Below are positions 1-14,096 of a DNA stretch of 64,000 nt, piece after piece. How positions within the stretch are numbered: position 1 is the stretch's first letter; the number at the start of each line of letters is the position of its first letter. A program made the position numbers and the translations under genes. The stretch comes from Octopus vulgaris. Lineage: Eukaryota. The notes below the pieces were generated by a model that was not told the origin of the DNA, did no database searches, and saw nothing but the letters and a program-made list of their open reading frames with translations. The stretch is taken from the NCBI GenBank assembly GCA_951406725.2, contig OX597824.1, forward strand, positions 94,426,001 through 94,490,000. The letters run 5' to 3'.

Positions 1-288
1 ATATTCAGCTTTAATTCCGCTGCTCGCTAATTACTTACATAATCATACGTTATTTTATACCCTTATACCGGACTGATTCAAATTTTTGACCTTTTTTCCT
101 TTTTGTTTACTCTAGCTAGTCCAACCCCATATTGATTGGAAACCTAACCGCGTTAGGAGGTCCTCAAGAAATTGTTTTTATTTAGTCATATTCCATATTT
201 CTTAATATTTCTTTTAAAAATGATGTCAATTCGACTCTATCATTAATGACTCAATATTAGCCGTGCTCTTTCTCTACTTATCTGTCAA

Positions 289-320
<32 letters not shown>

Positions 321-515
321 ATCCCCCTCTCTCTTCCTTTCTCTCTCCCATTCTCTCTCTCAATCTCTCTCTCAATCTCTCTCTCTATATATATATAAAG
401 AGAAAGAATGGGGAGAGAGAGAGGGCGGTGTATTTATTATACATACATACATACATATATATAATATAATATAATATAATTATTACATATACATACATAT
501 ATATATATATGTACA

Positions 516-562
<47 letters not shown>

Positions 563-565
<3 letters not shown>

Positions 566-732
566 CGCAGGAATGGCTGTGTGATAAGTAACTTGCTTAC
601 CAACCGGGTTCCGGGTTCAGTCCCACTGCGTGGTACCTTGGACAAGTGTCTTCTGCTATAGCCTCGGGCCGACCAAAGATTTTGTAGACAGAAACTGAAA
701 GAAGTCCCTCGTGTGTGTGTGTGTGTCTGTGT
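563..732 (+). mobile_element. SINE family A, 5' half
   Basis: ggcgcaggaatggctgtgtg...ccgggttcagtcccactgcg...ggaaactgaaagaag head shared with the full copy at 58430; runs into TG/TA repeats. Confidence 0.85.
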
Positions 733-778
733 ATTATATATATATAATATTTACTACATATATATGATGGAGTAAATA

Positions 779-831
<53 letters not shown>

Positions 832-949
832 CATATATATACATAAATATATACATATATATATACATAAATATATATATATATACATACATATATATAT
901 ACATACACACACATACACACATATATATGTATGTATATATATATATGTG

Positions 950-993
<44 letters not shown>

Positions 994-1519
994 AATATGT
1001 AAATATATTTATATATATATGCATATATATGTTTGTATATACATAGTGTAGAACATTATATTAATTATAAGCTAGTTACTCCAAGTATCTTAATTAGTAG
1101 TTGCCTGGACATTCATCAGACATGTTTACTCGACGTGAATTTTTCTGTGTTTACGCAATAGGAAAATTCGAAAACATCTTCCGTTGCCACGTTATGAGAA
1201 AAGATTATTAGATGGGATGCAAATCTTCAGAGATAAAAAGGAAAAAGAGAAAAGAAGAGTCGTTTCTCCTTTAAAAGTTACTGTGATAAGTGAATGAAAA
1301 TAACAATGAAAAGAAACGGACGGAAATAAGAAGAAAAGATGGTGGACAAAAAAGGTAATGGCGAACAACGAAGATAAGAAAGCTAGACTTGAGGAGAATG
1401 GAGGGCGAGAGGGAAAGGGGAGTTAATAAAGAGAAGACATGTATTGCTTTTAGAGGTAAGATACAGTGAGTTAATAAAAGTTAACTTAGGAAGAGACATG
1501 GATATATATTAGAAAGATG

Positions 1520-1585
<66 letters not shown>

Positions 1586-1658
1586 CAGACAGATAGATAG
1601 ATAGATAAGGAGATTGATAGATAGGCGTACGCGTGCATACAGACACATACATACTACG

Positions 1659-1745
<87 letters not shown>

Positions 1746-1824
1746 ATTGATTGATTGATTGATTGATTGATTGATATATACATATATATGTATATATTGC
1801 ACCATGTGCATATACATAGGCGAA

Positions 1825-2260
1825 GGCAAGGCTGTATGTTCGATGCTCGCTTTACAATCACGTGGTTTGCAGTTCAGTCTTACTACACGGCGCATTGAGC
1901 AACTGTCTTCTACAGCCCGGAGCCGACTAATGTTTTGTGATTGAATTTGGTCGGTGGAAACCGTGTGGAAGCCCGCCGAATGTGTGTGCGCAAGTCTTTG
2001 TGTTTGTGCTTCTCCCCCAGCACACCACTTGACAACCAGTGTTGGTTTGTTGACGTCTCCGTGATATAGCGGTTCGGCAAAAGACTCGATAGAATAAGTC
2101 CCAAAGGCGAGGTGAGATTTGTAACTACCTCCGTTTATGTTATATTTTGTGTGCAATGAAGCTAAGTTCCAGAGCTTTAAAACAAACTTGGGTCGATTTC
2201 TTCGACTAAAATACCTTCAAGGCGATGCTCCAGCATGACCACAGTCAAATGACTAAAACA
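1825..2260 (+). mobile_element. SINE family A, degraded full-length copy
   Basis: Diverged head, body (gcggttcggcaaaagac..gatagaataagt) and tail (gctccagcatgaccacagtcaaatgact). Confidence 0.75.
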
Positions 2261-2654
2261 CTTCATACACGCCATCTCAATTTGATTCGTTCTCAGTCGA
2301 AAGACACATGTTGTTATATTCTTGTTGTTTTATTTGTAATTGTGTACCATATTCTCAGTTTTTTTTTTGTCTTTGTTGCCATACACATTTGCTTGCTTTC
2401 TTACAAAAATCTGCTCTTAACTTAGATCGAACAGTCTCAAGTGTAACTACCCGAAACAGTAAGGACTTCTGGTTACTTGACTGAATAAAGAAGGCCACGA
2501 ATGACCCGTCCTTTTTTTCCCTGTCCTAATTGTTTCTCCTGTCTGCCTTTGTATCGTCTATCTGTCCGTATGTTTTATTGTCCGCTATTGCATTTTAGCT
2601 CCATTTTTTTATTTTTATATATACATATAGCGGCGTACGTACACACTTGTGCTC

Positions 2655-2725
<71 letters not shown>

Positions 2726-2764
2726 AGTCATAACACTGGCGGACTCAGGATATTTACCAGTGAC

Positions 2765-2819
2765 TCATACTGAAGAAGGTTGAAGCCCTTGGGACAGAAT
2801 CCGAAACCATGGTATATGA
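2765..2819 (+). ncRNA. Type I hammerhead ribozyme motif (PLE-type) in short repeat
   Basis: Helix I tcata/tatga; core CTGAAGA; weak helix II gg(tt)...(aa)tcc; GAAA; palindromic helix III ACCATGGT; cleavage triplet GUA (after 2814). Confidence 0.7.
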
Positions 2820-3001
2820 ATATCTGAATGGCATATTCTTTGAAGGTATGCGTGTTTAATGTCTTAATTCTTCATCCGTTTCCTCGCCTACTGTTGTTTT
2901 CCTGTTATTTGGCGCCTTCCGGCGACTGAATTTGGAATACAGCTCCTATTTCTAAACAGGTCGATGCTTTTTTTTCGCATCCTTATGTCTTGTGCTAACG
3001 T

Positions 3002-3083
<82 letters not shown>

Positions 3084-3097
3084 CATACATACATACA

Positions 3098-3133
<36 letters not shown>

Positions 3134-3511
3134 CGTACGCAAGTACGTGCGTGCGTGATCTCAAACATCAACTTATTTCACCTAACTACAGAACAAACAC
3201 CTTCGACAATAATCGATGTCTTCCCTCCCTTTACAACCTTCCCACCCCACCCCTTCATCCTCCCCACCCCTTCATCCACCCCACTCCTCCAACGTTGCTC
3301 TCTTATCTACAATACATTCCATTCTCTTTCAGTTAATCTTCATATTTTCGCCTTTTTAATTCCATCTTCTTATTGTTCTTGACATTCCTTTATTACTGTA
3401 TAGCATTCAGGAGTACCTTATTTTTGTGTTCTAACCCTTTGTATGTCTTGTGTACCACGTGATACGCAAGACATACTTCCCTGGCGTCAATGCATCACCA
3501 TATTAGGGTAT

Positions 3512-3716
3512 GTGACCTCGTGTGTACCTTTGGCGATTTTTTTTCTTCTGTCTTCCCTTCTCTGGATCTTTCCTTCTCCTATGTTTCCGACGAAGAGCTC
3601 CGCTCGAAACGTTAAACCCTCCTTCTTCCCTTCTTTCCTGAGCGTCCAATAATACTATATTTGTTCCACGTCCTCGCGTTGTTGTGTTTTTGTGTGCCTT
3701 CTTGTTTGGATTAACT
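3512..3716 (+). mobile_element. Hammerhead-bearing ~205-bp repeat, family D (PLE pLTR-like)
   Basis: Highly similar to copies at 14288, 14843 and 44954; motif gttt-CCGACGA-a-gagc tcc gctc-GAAA-cgtt-aaac at 3583-3617. Confidence 0.75.
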
Positions 3717-3721
3717 TTGTA

Positions 3722-3910
3722 ACGAAAAGATCCTGGTTTTGGATAAAAGAAAATGCAGAAGGGTCAGTTAATTGTGATTTTTATCCAACCTCAGATTCCC
3801 CTCCCAGATTCACACACTTATGGCAGCGGTCGTTCAGTTTTTCTACGCTCTGCAAAAGAACTCAGGAGGTTTGGCCTCCAACCATCCTTTCGTAATACCC
3901 TTAAAACCAA
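3722..3910 (-). mobile_element. Mariner-derived MITE, degraded copy
   Basis: Aligns by eye along its length to the reverse complement of the MITE at 27718-27943. Confidence 0.7.
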
Positions 3911-3911
3911 C

Positions 3912-3952
<41 letters not shown>

Positions 3953-4146
3953 CTGAATGGCATATTCTTTAAAGTTATGCTTCTTTAATGTCTCAATTCT
4001 TTATACGTTTCCTCGACTACATATACATATCTATGTATAGATAGATGTGCATGTATATATATATATATATATACAGAGAGAGAGAGAGAGAGAGATGTAT
4101 GTATGTATGTAAAGATAGATATGTCTGTATATATAGATAGATGTGC

Positions 4147-4221
<75 letters not shown>

Positions 4222-4284
4222 ATATTTATATGTATGCATATGAATGTATGTATATGTATATGTATGCGTGTGTGTGTGTGTATG

Positions 4285-4332
<48 letters not shown>

Positions 4333-4339
4333 AATAGGC

Positions 4340-4433
<94 letters not shown>

Positions 4434-4525
4434 ACCTGCAGACACAACGACCTTTCATATATACGTGCATTGCATATATAGATATATGTGTGTGTGTGTG
4501 GTGTCTATATGTGTATGTATGTATG

Positions 4526-4639
<114 letters not shown>

Positions 4640-5062
4640 TCGTATACACATACAAAGTTCCACCCCTACACTCAGCCACTCACACGTGCACTTATTCACA
4701 AACGCTCTTTGAAAGCGTTTCCCGTTTGGCCCTTCAGGATTGATGAAATAGGAGATAATTTGCACAAAACTACGAGTTTATCTGAAATTGTGAACGACGC
4801 GAGAGTTGGAGGTCCTGAGACGAGGCTTTGGCAGTCTGGGAGTTATTGCTGGAACGAAATTGAGGTTGACACTTGCAGATATAATTGGATTTTTGGTGGG
4901 AATTTCCTGGAAATATGCTTTGTTTCACTCCCTCTGGCATTCTGTATCGATGAGGATGCGCGCGCGTGTGTGTAGATGGACGTATGTATATATATATATA
5001 TATATATACAGAGAGACAGACAGACAGACAGACAGAAATACAGACAGACAGACAGACAGACT

Positions 5063-5109
<47 letters not shown>

Positions 5110-5126
5110 GTATATGTATGTTTTTA

Positions 5127-5172
<46 letters not shown>

Positions 5173-5381
5173 TGTGTGTGTGTATACATACATATATATA
5201 TATAAATGCATATATATATATATACATACACATATAACACATAGTTATACATTTATATTTTTATATATACATATATATATACATACATACACAAATATAT
5301 ATACATATATATATTTGATATGCATATTCATTCATACTTTTTGTAATGTAGTATACGTTTATCTGTATTCATGTGCGCATG

Positions 5382-5429
<48 letters not shown>

Positions 5430-6779
5430 TGTGGTGTGTGTATGTATGTATACATATATGTGTATATACATACTTAAATATATCCATATACATCTGTGTG
5501 CATGTGCGCGTGTGTATGCATGTGCGCGCTTGTGTGCCTGGCTGTCTGTGCTTATGTCGGAGTGTTTGTGGTGTGTATATGTTTGTATGCCGAAAAACGG
5601 ACAGACAAAAAATAATTCAAGTATGTCAATTAGATTAATTTCGAATCAGGGGACGTACTGAATGCCGGACGCGATGCATTCTTAATATATCATATCATAA
5701 TTTATGACAATCACCCCAGCGGATTGGGAAATCAAGCAGTAACCCGACAATAATTGTTAGCGATTCTGAATAAGAAATTAAATAATTTCAAGCAATTAAG
5801 TATTTTGCGTTTAAATTGATTATTACAGATGGGAACAATATTAATACCAAATGGTAACCTTTATATGGAACTTAACATGAATGCTTTGGTAGAACACCAT
5901 CTGTTTTGGTTTCTGTCTGGGCTTTTATGCACCAAGCGCCTATATGTAAGGATCTCTCAAGGATAAAACTGCAGTATTCGGGTTTTGTTATTAAATGATG
6001 TTTAGTATAATCGGTTTAAGCTGTTCGGTATATTTATTTATACAACGGATAAGAGTGTTGTGTAGGAATTATAAGTTAGAATTGGATAAATTTGTGCCAG
6101 CATCTGCGGTTATACATAATAAGTTAAATTAAAACATAGACATCTTCTAACTATAAAGATTACCTTCTCGTATTAATATTACTTCTGTCGCCGATGATTA
6201 AATTTTGATAATCCTGCTAGGTGTTTGCGATATCGGTGTCCGAAAAAATGGCGATATTCTAAATATCGTAAGCAGTGAGATTTGACTGGCGTGCGGTGAC
6301 CGGACGCCATTCACTGATGATTTCCGGTGGGATTAAATCACGTGATATGGTAGTCCCAGTGACCATGACAGGTGATTCTCGTCTGCTGCGATCTAGGTGT
6401 GTGCTTTTCTGCACCAAGCGTTTATATGAGAGGATTTCGCAAGGATAATAACGCAAAATTCGGTGGTCTAACAAGATGTCCCTGTTAAGTTGGATATAAA
6501 GATTCTCTATAAGGGAAAATGAGAAAAATACATGCCGCTTGCTTATTTCAGTTATTATATTCCCTTGGCTCTTATCGTTTTAATTCTGCAAATTACCGTT
6601 AGAGAAACCTGGATGAAATATTTTCTTAAACCCTGTTAAATTGTTCATATCTGTTCAGCAAAATAATAAATAATGCTATGCTGATGAGGCTAAACAGGGG
6701 CAAAAGGTGACCATAGTTGTCCTTCGTCTCAGGTTGTCGTCTTTTCCCCAAACATGTTACCGTCTAACTGTTAGTTCCT

Positions 6780-7380
6780 TCTGTATTGTTGGTTTGTTAC
6801 ATTGGGCAACAAGACATCTTCAGTCATATTGGTTCCCAGTTTTGTCTCCCACATCTTCCCAAGTGATGCTAAGTTGCTTCAGCTCTTGTTTGAAGGTGAT
6901 GCACGTGTCTTTTTGATACACCCATTTCTTTATTGCCCACAAGGGGCTAAACATAGAAGGGACAAACAAGGACAGACATAGGTATTAAGTCGATTACATC
7001 GACCCCAGTGCGTAACTGGTACTTAATTTACCGACCCCGAAAGGATGAAAGGTAAAGTCGACCTCGGCGGAATTTGAATCACAACGTAACGGCAGACGAA
7101 ATACCGCTAAGCATTTCGCCCGACGTGCTAACGTTTCTGCCAGCTCGCCTTTTTGATACACCCTTTCTTCCTTCGTCCCCTTGGTGGCACTCATTGTATA
7201 ACTATCTCGGGTATTCGTTCTTCTGGCAATCGGAAAACATGACTTTGTTTTCCCGCCACAATCGCCTGCAAGGTATACAGAATACCTCTTCCCACTACTT
7301 CAGAGTTTGTGATTCTGTCTCTGTAGGTGATCCTTGAGTATTCTGCATGGACACTGTGAGTGGAAAGCATTCAACGGCTG
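6780..7380 (-). mobile_element. RTE-clade LINE 3' coding remnant, interrupted by a SINE
   Basis: Minus-strand translation with frameshifts: LNAFHSQC..RIL/ITYRDRITNSEV..HVFRLPEERIP..PPRGRRKKG..TFKQELKQLSITWED..RCLVAQC, typical RTE C-terminus. Confidence 0.75.
6924..7148 (-). mobile_element. Nin-domain SINE family B, full length with TSD
   Basis: Core gactttacctttcatcctttcggggtcggtaaattaagtacc on minus strand; 15-bp direct repeat ctttttgatacaccc at 6909-6923 and 7149-7163. Confidence 0.9.
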
Positions 7381-7810
7381 AATGATCTTAGCAGTTATTT
7401 TTCAAGTTTCTCCTGTATAAAATCGCTATTGACAAACAAAACTCTTGGTACAGAAGGATTTTCGTTTGGTTGCTAATCGAAGTGCTGACTCAGATATCGT
7501 TCATTCCTTTGATCACTGCAGCGGCACACTCGATTCAGGAGTTGCTATCTCTTAAAGTACACGTGAAATTTTTCCTTTCATAAACTTATCTCCTCCTTCT
7601 GATTCAGAGTTGCAAATATTTATCGGTAGGTGTCAGTTTTTTTCCTCTTCTCTGGCCGCGAGAGATACTTTAGTAAATTAAAAATTAAATACCAATGACA
7701 TTTAGTACCCGCGCTGTCATCTTTGTTAGATAGACAGAGAGAGAGATACATGAGGAGGAGAGATTATAATTACACACATACATACATACATACATACATA
7801 CATACATACA

Positions 7811-7842
<32 letters not shown>

Positions 7843-8413
7843 CACACATATATTCCTTGGCATGTCTGTATGTGCACCGTTTATTAAATTTCTGTCTATC
7901 AATCTGTCAATTTATCTTGTCTCAAAATCTCCCTTCCTTCTCTCTCTCTCTCTCACACACACACATACACACATACACACATACACACAATCAATTTTTC
8001 TAACTTCTTATTGCACAATCACACAAACACACACACGCATAGGTATATATGTATTCACACATACACACACATATATATGCATACATAAGCATAAATATAT
8101 ACATATATATATATATATATATATGTATGTATATTTATGCATATATATTTTTTTTGCATATATACGTGTATGTCATACAGAAAGAACATATGTGTTAGTG
8201 CGCGCACGCGCACACGAATGTGTGCGCGTGTTTGTTATGTGCTACATACATATATCTGTTTGTCTTTAACTGTCGATCTACCATACTTGTGTCCACGGGC
8301 GCTCACGCATACATACGCATATATATACATACATACATACATACATACAAACATACATGCATACATACATACATACAAACATACATACATATATACATGC
8401 ATGCATACATAGT

Positions 8414-8653
8414 CTTTTACTTTTTACTTCTTTTAATCAGTTGACTGCGGCCATGCTGGGGCATTGCCTTGAAGGGTTTTAGTCGAACAAATCGACCCCG
8501 GAACTTAACTTTTACTTTAAGCCTAGTGCTTATTCTATCGGTGTCTTTTGCCAAACCGCTAAGTTATAGAGACATAAACACATCAATACCGGTTGGCGGG
8601 GTGGGCGACACGAAATGGCGGGGTGGGCGACAAACACAGAAACAAAGACACGC

Positions 8654-8690
<37 letters not shown>

Positions 8691-8839
8691 GCGTACAGTT
8701 TCCGTCTACCAAATCCACCGACAAGGCTTTGGTCGGACCGAGACTATAGTAGAAGACACTTGTCCAAGGTTCCACGCTGTGAGAATGAACCCGGAAACAT
8801 GTGATTGGGAAGCAAGCTACTTACCAACAGCCACGCCTG
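8414..8839 (-). mobile_element. SINE family A, full length
   Basis: Head, internal TG tract, body and tail all match family A. Confidence 0.85.
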
Positions 8840-8844
8840 CAACT

Positions 8845-8943
<99 letters not shown>

Positions 8944-9562
8944 TACAAATATATGTGTGTATAACGTATACATATATTCGTTTCCTATCATACTCTCTTT
9001 TTCAGTCTCTCTATCTCACCCCACTCTCCATCTCTTCTAACTTTCACCTCATCCATTATTGATCAACCTACATCAGCCTTCCTCTTTCCCTCCCGGCCTA
9101 AAAAATCTATAAAACCTAGCTACCTTCTTCTTTTTGTAATCTCTACGCGGATAGAAGACAATACTGAGAAGTTTTGTGAAAATAGTTCCACATTTTCTGC
9201 CACCCCACACAGATATAAATCATGGCATTGCTATGTAAGCATCGTAGAATGGTATGAATAATATGTATTTGCGTGTATGGCAGGCCTCGACTATGTTTTG
9301 TGTGGTTTATAGATTGGGGTTGCGGTGAGAAATTGTAGGCCTGGGGGTGGGGAGGCTTGTACGCATCCGCACGTGTGTATGTGTGTCCGCATGTGTGTGT
9401 GTGTGTATGTGTGTGTGTGTGATTATGTGTGTGTTATATGTGATGGAGTGAGAGTGAATTTGGATGTTAGATAGATAGACAGACAGACAGGCAGACTGAC
9501 AGGCAGACAGACAGACAGACAAGCAAATAGATAGGGAGGGAGAGAGGGACAGAGAGATATAG

Positions 9563-9619
<57 letters not shown>

Positions 9620-9624
9620 TAGAT

Positions 9625-9703
<79 letters not shown>

Positions 9704-9826
9704 GCAAGCAAGGAGAGACAGACAGACGAACAGATAGACAAATAGACAGATAGACAGACAGGGGGAAGGGAGGGAAAGAGGGGGGATATAGATAGATAGA
9801 GAGAGAGAGAGAATAGATGATAGATC

Positions 9827-9873
<47 letters not shown>

Positions 9874-9874
9874 G

Positions 9875-10004
<130 letters not shown>

Positions 10005-10639
10005 TAGATAATATTTACGTAAATATGATACCCTCTGTGTCACTATCTTCTCTCTAAACAAGTGTGTTATCTTGTTTGAGAAACGGGCATATGATCTTTT
10101 TGTGTGTGTGCGCGCGCGTATGAGTGAGTGTGTACGTGTATGTGTATATGTACGCACTTCTCAGTTTACGTATAATTCTTTCCTCTGAATACGTTACCCT
10201 TCAGGACCACCATGACAGTTTGATAAGAGAGAGAGAGAAAGAGAAAGACAGAGAGAGAGAGAGGGAGAGAGAGAGAGAGAGAGCTGCCGAAGAATTTATG
10301 AGAATAGTATAACGCTTCTTCGAATTATTGCTCAGTATAGCATCGAAAACACTTTGGCCAAATTCTAGCCAACTTCGCTCGAGTCTTGGCAAATAGCAAT
10401 CCCCAAAAGTATGGTAGCTTCGCCATACTTTTCCAATTTCTCTTATTCTCTCGTCTTTTATTCTCTGTTCATTCTTCTTCTTGAGGCCATTCCCACCCCC
10501 ACCCCAATCCTCTCTTTCCTTCCTTTTCTTCATTTCGTTTTTTCTTTTCTTCTTGTGATTTTTCTTCTAATCGTTTCTATCTTCGACCTATTACCACCCT
10601 TTTCCCCTATTTCCTCTTCCTATTTTCCTTTCAAATCCA

Positions 10640-11130
10640 TTTACTTTTCTTCTTCTCCCTCGTCTTCTTCTTCTCCACCTCCTTCCCTTCTTTTTTTTCT
10701 TCTTCACCTCCTCCTCACCTTATTTGTCTTCCTCTTCTTCGTCTCCTTTTTCCCTTCTTCTCTGTCTTCTTCTTCTCCTCCTCCCCTCTTCTTTTTCTTC
10801 TTCTCCTCCACCACCTTTTTCTTCTTCTTCGTCTCCTTCCCTTTCTTCTTCTTTTCGTCTTCTTTTTCTTCTACTTCTTCGTCTCCTGTTTCTTCTTCTC
10901 TTCCTCCTTTTTTCTCCTTCTTCGTCTTCTTCTCCTCCACCTTCTTTTTCTTCTTCGTCTCCTTGTCCTCCTCCTTCGTCTTCTTCTCTTCCTTCTTCTT
11001 CTTCTCCTTCACCTACTTCCTGTTCTTTTCATCCTCCTCCTTTTTTGCTCCTTCTTCGTCTTCTCCTCCTCCTTCTTTTTCTCCTTCTTCGTCTTCTTCG
11101 TCTCCTTCTTCCATTTCTCCCCATTCTTCT
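10640..11130. repeat. Degenerate (CTT/CCT)n polypyrimidine tract
   Basis: About 500 bp almost purely C/T on the + strand. Confidence 0.9.
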
Positions 11131-11221
11131 TTACTGAGCTCGATGTAAGCGGCTTCTCCCCACCCCCTCCTCCAAAACTATTGGCCCTGTACTAAAATTT
11201 GAAACCATGATTATTATTACA

Positions 11222-11420
11222 AAGGCAGCAAGCTGGCAACATCGTTAGCGCGTCGGACAAAATGTTTAACGACATTTTTTCTGACTTATTTCGCCGAGGT
11301 CAACCTTGCCTTTTATCTTTTCGGGGCCGATGAAGATAAAACCCCCATTGAACCCCTGGGATCGATGTCAATGACTTACTCCTCCCATAACATTGCCGGC
11401 CTTGTGCCAAAATTTAAAAC
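11222..11420 (+). mobile_element. SINE family B, degraded
   Basis: ggcagcaagctggca...gccgaggtcaaccttgccttttatc...ggccttgtgccaaaattt. Confidence 0.75.
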
Positions 11421-11884
11421 GGGGGTGTATCATTTCTGCTTTTCCGTTTCGTCTTTTCTCTTTCCCTTTCCCTTTGTCATGTAACATCTTTTTCTTCTTC
11501 AACTTCTCAACCTCTATATTCTCTTCCTTTTCTTTTTCTTCTTTTATTTCTTTCCCTTTTTCTTTATTTTTTTTTTAAACTTATATTGAAGAACTTACTT
11601 TCAAAACCGGAATAAGTTCATATCTGGTTGATTTCACGATAACCATTAAAACACAATCTGCAAGCTGCTGGCGTCATGCACGTGAAATGTTTTGCAGTCA
11701 AACTGGGACGGATGCCATATAGAGACAGGAGGCGAATCTTAGTCTTCCAATCAAAATCAGATTTATTCAAGTTGTTTTAAACAATTACTCAAAAGTCATT
11801 CCAGTGCATATATCGGGTTTTGAAAGTAAGCTCTTCAATTCTGTATACTTCTTATATATCTTCTAACGTATATACATACATACA

Positions 11885-11956
<72 letters not shown>

Positions 11957-12049
11957 CATACATACATACATACATACATACATACATACATACATACATA
12001 CATACATACATACATACATACATACGTACGTACGTACGTACATACATAC

Positions 12050-12205
12050 GAAGGGCCTTTTTCAGTTTCCGTCTACCAGTTCCACTCACAAGACTTTCGT
12101 CGGCCGGAGGCTACAGTTACAAGACATTTGCCCAAGGTGCCACGCATTGTGACCGAAACCCGGACCATACTGTTAAGAAGCAAACTTCTTACCGCACAGC
12201 CATTC
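12050..12205 (-). mobile_element. SINE family A, 5' half
   Basis: ttcagtttccgtctacc...gcccaaggtgccacgc...ccgcacagcc. Confidence 0.8.
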
Positions 12206-12321
12206 CGATTGATCACATACAAGGCAAATGCTCGGATTAACAAGATTCGGCACTCCTTGAAACCAAACTAAAATTTACAATCCACAACAAACATATTACT
12301 TTGTTAAAAAATACGTATTAA

Positions 12322-12491
12322 TAGTCACAGGAGCTGCTGTGTGGTAAGAAGCTTGGTTCCAAACCACATGGATCCGCGTTCAGTCCCACTGCATGGTACT
12401 TTGGGCAAGTGTCTTCTACTTTAGCCTTGTGCCAACCGAAGCCTTGTGAGTTGATTTGGTAGACGGAAACTGAAAGAAACCCGTCGTAGAA

Positions 12492-12559
<68 letters not shown>

Positions 12560-12820
12560 CATATATATACATATGTGTGTGTGTGTGTACGTATGTATAT
12601 ATTTGTGTGTCTGTGTTTGTTTCTCCACCATCGCTTGACAACCGATGTTGCTGTTTTTACTTTCCTGTAACTTAGCGGTTCGGCAAAAGCGATAGATAAA
12701 ATAATTACTAGGCTTACAAAGAATAAGTCCTGGGGTCGATTTGTTCGGCTAAAGCCGGTGCTCCAGCATGGCTACAATCAAATGTCTGAAACAAATAAAT
12801 TAATAAAAGAATCAAAGAAT
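12322..12820 (+). mobile_element. SINE family A, full length with expanded internal (TA)n
   Basis: Matches family consensus on both sides of a ~60-bp TA tract. Confidence 0.9.
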
Positions 12821-12938
12821 ATATATGTACATATATTTTTTGTTTTTTGTTTTTTTATTTAAAAATTCGCTGTCTAATCGCGACACCATCGCTTGTTCAG
12901 GCACTGTTGGTCTATATCCCACCAGCGAGGAGATGAAT

Positions 12939-13034
12939 CGTTGCTATCTCTAGCAGTCGAGCATCCATCACTGATAAGACCAATGAAGGTCGAAATCGCC
13001 CGATCTGGTGGTCTCGGCACTGGAGATGGCGGTG
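12939..13034 (+). ncRNA. Type I hammerhead ribozyme fold with extended helix I and G8A core variant
   Basis: ccatca/tggtgg helix I, extended by gtcgag/ctcggc and cgttgctatctctag/ctggagatggcggtg; core CTGATAA; helix II gacc-aatgaa-ggtc; GAAA; helix III atcg-cc-cgat; AUC site (after 13005). Confidence 0.8.
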
Positions 13035-13440
13035 CTTTACATCCCCGCTAACGATATAAACAAGAGTACATTTTACACCAAAAGCCAATACAAGAGTTTG
13101 TCTCATGGTATCTAGCGAAATATAATCTGTTCGAACAGAATAAATATTTCATTGTATTTTTTGCAGGAAGCACTATATTCTACAACGTCTCGGCTCGCCT
13201 AATCTTCGTGAATAAGCGACATATTTTCTGGAGAAAGTTCAATAGAACTAATCATCCACGCTTTGGATAAGTTCGATCATGAAATGCCATTGAATTGACT
13301 CTATTTAGCGTATCAAAGCATTTTATGAATATTTATATATTTTTCAAGAGCAGTCAGATCTCAATAATATCGTTTCGCCATATTTCCATTTTTACCTTTC
13401 AAAATGGGAGACATATTCTATTTACAACAGAGGATTATCG

Positions 13441-13853
13441 CTCTTTCTCTCTTTTACTTGTTTCAGTCATTTGACAGCGGCCATGCTGGAGCACCGCCTT
13501 TTAGTCGAGCAAATCGACCCCGGGACTTATTCTTTGTAAGCCTAGTACTTATTCTATCGGTCTCTTTTTGCCGAACCGCTGAGAGACGGGGACGTAAACA
13601 CACCAGCATTGGTTGTCAAGCAATGCTAGGGGGACAAACACAGACACACAAAAAACACACACAGGCATATATATATATATACATATATACGACTGGCTTC
13701 TTTCAGTTCCCGTCTACCAAATCCACTCACAAGGCTTTGGTCGGCCCAAGGCTATAGTAGAAGACACTTGCCCAAGGTGCCACGCAGTGGGACTGAACTC
13801 GGAACCATGTGGTTGGTAGACAAGCTACTTACCACACAGCCACTCCTGCGCCT
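13441..13853 (-). mobile_element. SINE family A, full length, young
   Basis: Near identical to the 58430 copy in reverse. Confidence 0.92.
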
Positions 13854-14096
13854 TATGTTTCCGTCGCTTTTTTTTATATTTTTTTTTTACATGCGTGGGA
13901 ATAGCAGTATAATTAGAAAGTTCGCTTTGCAACCACGCCCTTTCGGGTTCAGTCCCTCTGCATGGCCCCGTGGTTAGGTGTTTTCTGCTATATAAATACC
14001 TTCTAAGTGAATTTGGTGAATGAAAACTGTAATAATAACAACAGCAACATTGAAAAATACCTTAGGAATGAGAACCCAGGTTCAAAATTTCCCCAA

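Noticed and set aside
1060-1130. Minus-strand hammerhead (CTGATGA with tccagg/cttgga stem)
   Set aside because: GTAA replaces GAAA and no helix I or III can be formed
2415-2470. Hammerhead around cccgaaacagtaagg
   Set aside because: No recognisable CUGANGA core upstream
4738-4960. Host exon ([12 protein letters not shown]...), also open frames at 19548-19760 and 10290-10430
   Set aside because: No recognisable protein similarity or convincing splice pair
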